A DNA stretch of 64,000 bases, from positions 43,400,001 through 43,464,000 of the forward strand of contig CM059445.1 in assembly GCA_030390025.1 (NCBI GenBank), read 5' to 3'. This DNA is from Squalus acanthias (Eukaryota). Below are positions 61,335-64,000 of this stretch, piece after piece; positions within the stretch are counted from its first letter, which is position 1; every line of letters starts with the position of its first letter. The position numbers were made by a program, and so were the translations under genes. Below the pieces are notes generated by a model that saw only the letters and a list, made by a program, of their open reading frames with translations, made no database searches and was not told where the DNA came from.

Positions 61335-64000
61335 AACCATAAGAACACAAGAAATAGGAGCAGGAATGGCCATTTGACCCCTCGAGTCTGCTCTGCCATT
61401 CAATAAGATCATGGCTGATCTTCTCCCTCAATTCCACTTTCCTGCCCTATCCCCATATCACTTGATTCCCTTAATATCCAAAAATCTATCGCTCTCTGTC
61501 TTGAATATACTCAACGACTGAGCCTCCACAGCCCTCTGGGGTAGAGAATTCCAAAGATTCACCACCATCTGAGTGAAGAAATTTCTCCTCAACTCAGTCC
61601 TAAATGGCCGACCTCTTATTCTGAAACTGTGACCACTGGTTCTAGACTCCCCAGCCAGGGGAAACATCCTCCCTGCATCTACCCTGTCAAGCCCTGTAAG
61701 AATTTTGTATGTTTCAATAAGATCACCTCTCATTCTTCTAAACTTCAGAGAATCTAGGCCTAGTCTACTCAATCTCTCCTCATAGGACAATCCCCCCATC
61801 CCAGGAATCAGTCTGGTGAATCTTCGTTGCACTCCCTCTATGACAAGTTTATCCTTCCTTAGGTAAGGAGACCAAAACTGTACACAATACTCCAGGTGTG
61901 GTTTCACCAGGGCCCTACATAACTGCAGTAAGACGTCTTTACTCTTATACTCAAATCCTCTTGTAATAAAGGCTAACATACATTTGCTTTCCTAATTGCT
62001 TGCTGTACCTGCATGTTAGCTTTCAGTGATTCGTGTACAAGGACACCCAGGTCCCTCTGAACACCAACATTTCCCAATTTCTCACCATTTAAAAAATACT
62101 CTGCTTTTCTATTTTTCCTACCAAAGTGGATAACTTCACATTTCTCCACATTATATTCTATTTGCCATGTTCTTGCCCACTCACTTAGCCTGTCTATATC
62201 CCCTTGAAGTCTCTTTGCATCCCCTCACAACTTACATTCCCACCTAGCTTTGTATCATCAGCAAACTTGGATATACGACATTTGGCCCCCTCATCCAAAT
62301 CATTGATATAGATTATGAATAGCTGAGGCCCAAGCACTGATCCTTGCGGTACCCCACTAGTTAAAGCCTGCCAACCCGAAAATGACCCATTTATTCCTAC
62401 TCTCTGTTTTCTGTCCGTTAACCAATCCTCAATCCATGCGAGTATATTACCCCCAATGCCATGAGCCCTAATTTTGTTTAATAACCTCTTGTGTGGCACC
62501 TTATCGAATGTCTCCTGAAAATCTAAATACAGCACATGCACTGATTCCCCATATCTATTCTGCTAGTTACAACCTCAAAAAACTCTACCAGATTCATCAA
62601 ACACTATTTCTCTTTCATAAATCATTGTTGATTCTGCCTAATCCTATTATTATTTTCTAAGTGCCCTGTTACCACGTCCTTAATAATAGATTCTAGCATT
62701 TTCCCTACTACTGATGTCAGGGAAGATGACAACCAATGCATCCACTATCTCTATAGCCACTTCTTTTAAAACGCTAGGATGTAGGCCTTTCAGTTCCTCA
62801 TTCTCGCTAGAGCCTTGGTTGTCCACTATTTCCGGGAGATTTTTTGCATCTTCTTCCGGGAAGACAGACACAAAGGGCGTGATCTTGCCAGCCCTGGGGA
62901 GGCGGGTCTGCAGGGAAAATGGCAGAATCTGGGGGCGGGTGCCCAACCCGCCCCCGTGCCATCTTGCCAGGTGGCGGGTAGCCAACCCGCGCCGGGTCCC
63001 ATCTCCTTGGAGGCGGGAAGGGGATTAGTGCCACTTATCTGCCTGTTAACCGGTAGTTAACAGGCAGATAAGGGGATTATCCCCATTTTACCCACACAAG
63101 TGCGGGCTTCCCGAAGGCTCCGAACCCCGCCAGGGTCACCGAGGCGAGCAGTGGCTCTGCGGGGGTTGGAGGGGTGCAAAAGTGCGCTGTGAAGGTAAGT
63201 GATGGGTGCAAGTGTGGAGAGGTGAGTATGTGAGGTAAGTGGAAAGTGTTAGTAAAAGTTTACTTACCTTTGTTACTTCCTGCAGGCTTCAATCGGTGGG
63301 TATGCGGAGAGTCTCGCACCTCCGCGGCAGAGATGACAGATGGCCATTGCATTCTCCAATGCAACAAACATCTAATTTCTGCTAAATAAAGCAGTTTGAT
63401 GAGTCTTGAATTCAATAACTCATCAAACTACAGAGAATGTCTTTAATTTCTCGTTAGCCACGGTTGGACCATTCTTCCCGTGGTGTCTTTATTCCTTCAG
63501 GGAATGTATATTCGTTGCGAATTATGATTTATTTCTTTAAATGTTTGCCATTGCCTTTCTACTGTCATATCTTTTAATCTAGTTTCCCAACCTACCTTAG
63601 CCAACTCGCCTCTCATACCTATGTAGTTTGCTTTGTTCAGGTTTAGGACCCTAGTTTCGGACTTAACTAAATCACTCTCAAACTCAACATAAAATTCACT
63701 GCTCCCCAGAGGCTCCTTTACTACAAGGTTATTAATTAACCCTGTCTCATTGCACAGTACTAGATCTAAAATAGCCAATTCCCTCGTAGCTTCCTTGACA
63801 TACTGATCTAGAAAACTATCTTGAACGCATTCCAAGAACTCTTCCTCTGCACTATTTCTGCAAACTTGGTTTGCCCAGTCTATATTAAAGTTAAAGTCCC
63901 CCATGATTACTCTATTGCCCTCATTACATGCATCTCTAATTTCCTGATTTATACTCTGCCCGACACTACAACCACTGTTAGGGAGCCTATTGATTACTCC
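61335..64000 (-). mobile_element. Long degenerate CR1 (endonuclease end, RT, 3' UTR), continuing past the window end, with deletions and a MITE insert
   Basis: ORFs 63497..63904 (MGDFN, LDLVLCN), 62194..62541 (SGVPQGS, FADD) and 61458..61979; 3' UTR at 61335-61457. Confidence 0.92.
62875..63441 (+). mobile_element. MITE family C, copy 3 (right end lost) inside CR1
   Basis: Starts gggcgtgatcttgccagccctggggaggc; colinear with 25366 and 31766 up to 'cagagaatgtc'. Confidence 0.85.

Overview
This is repeat-rich vertebrate genomic DNA. The repeat mix (CR1 LINEs, Deu-domain and V-SINE-type SINEs) points to a cartilaginous fish such as a shark; that assignment is inference. I found no recognisable host protein-coding exon, and most short ORFs in the track are chance ORFs inside transposons. 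The window is dominated by nested mobile elements. (i) Many CR1/L2 fragments and SINEs. (ii) At least five families of non-autonomous PIF/Harbinger-type elements with GG..(G/A)ATTT termini and 3-bp TSDs; several keep Myb/SANT remnants, and one family also seems to keep the ends of the nuclease gene. (iii) A very young, internally deleted ERV (50973-54140, TSD GCGT, one LTR mismatch seen) inside a Harbinger element, with an open truncated env (SU-only) ORF. (iv) A full-length but frameshifted Ty3/Gypsy element on the minus strand (55272-59693, TSD CCTAG). It has no tRNA-type PBS but has a 12-nt LTR-complementary sequence in its place, a YLDN RT motif and a CTCF-like motif in each LTR. (v) Fossils of Academ-, hAT- and Tigger/pogo-type DNA transposons. 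A CpG-rich non-repeat region at about 34.7-35.1 kb, plus several minus-strand segments with good splice signals, suggests the 5' non-coding part of an unidentified host gene running leftwards, possibly from a bidirectional promoter. All alignments and coordinates were read by eye.
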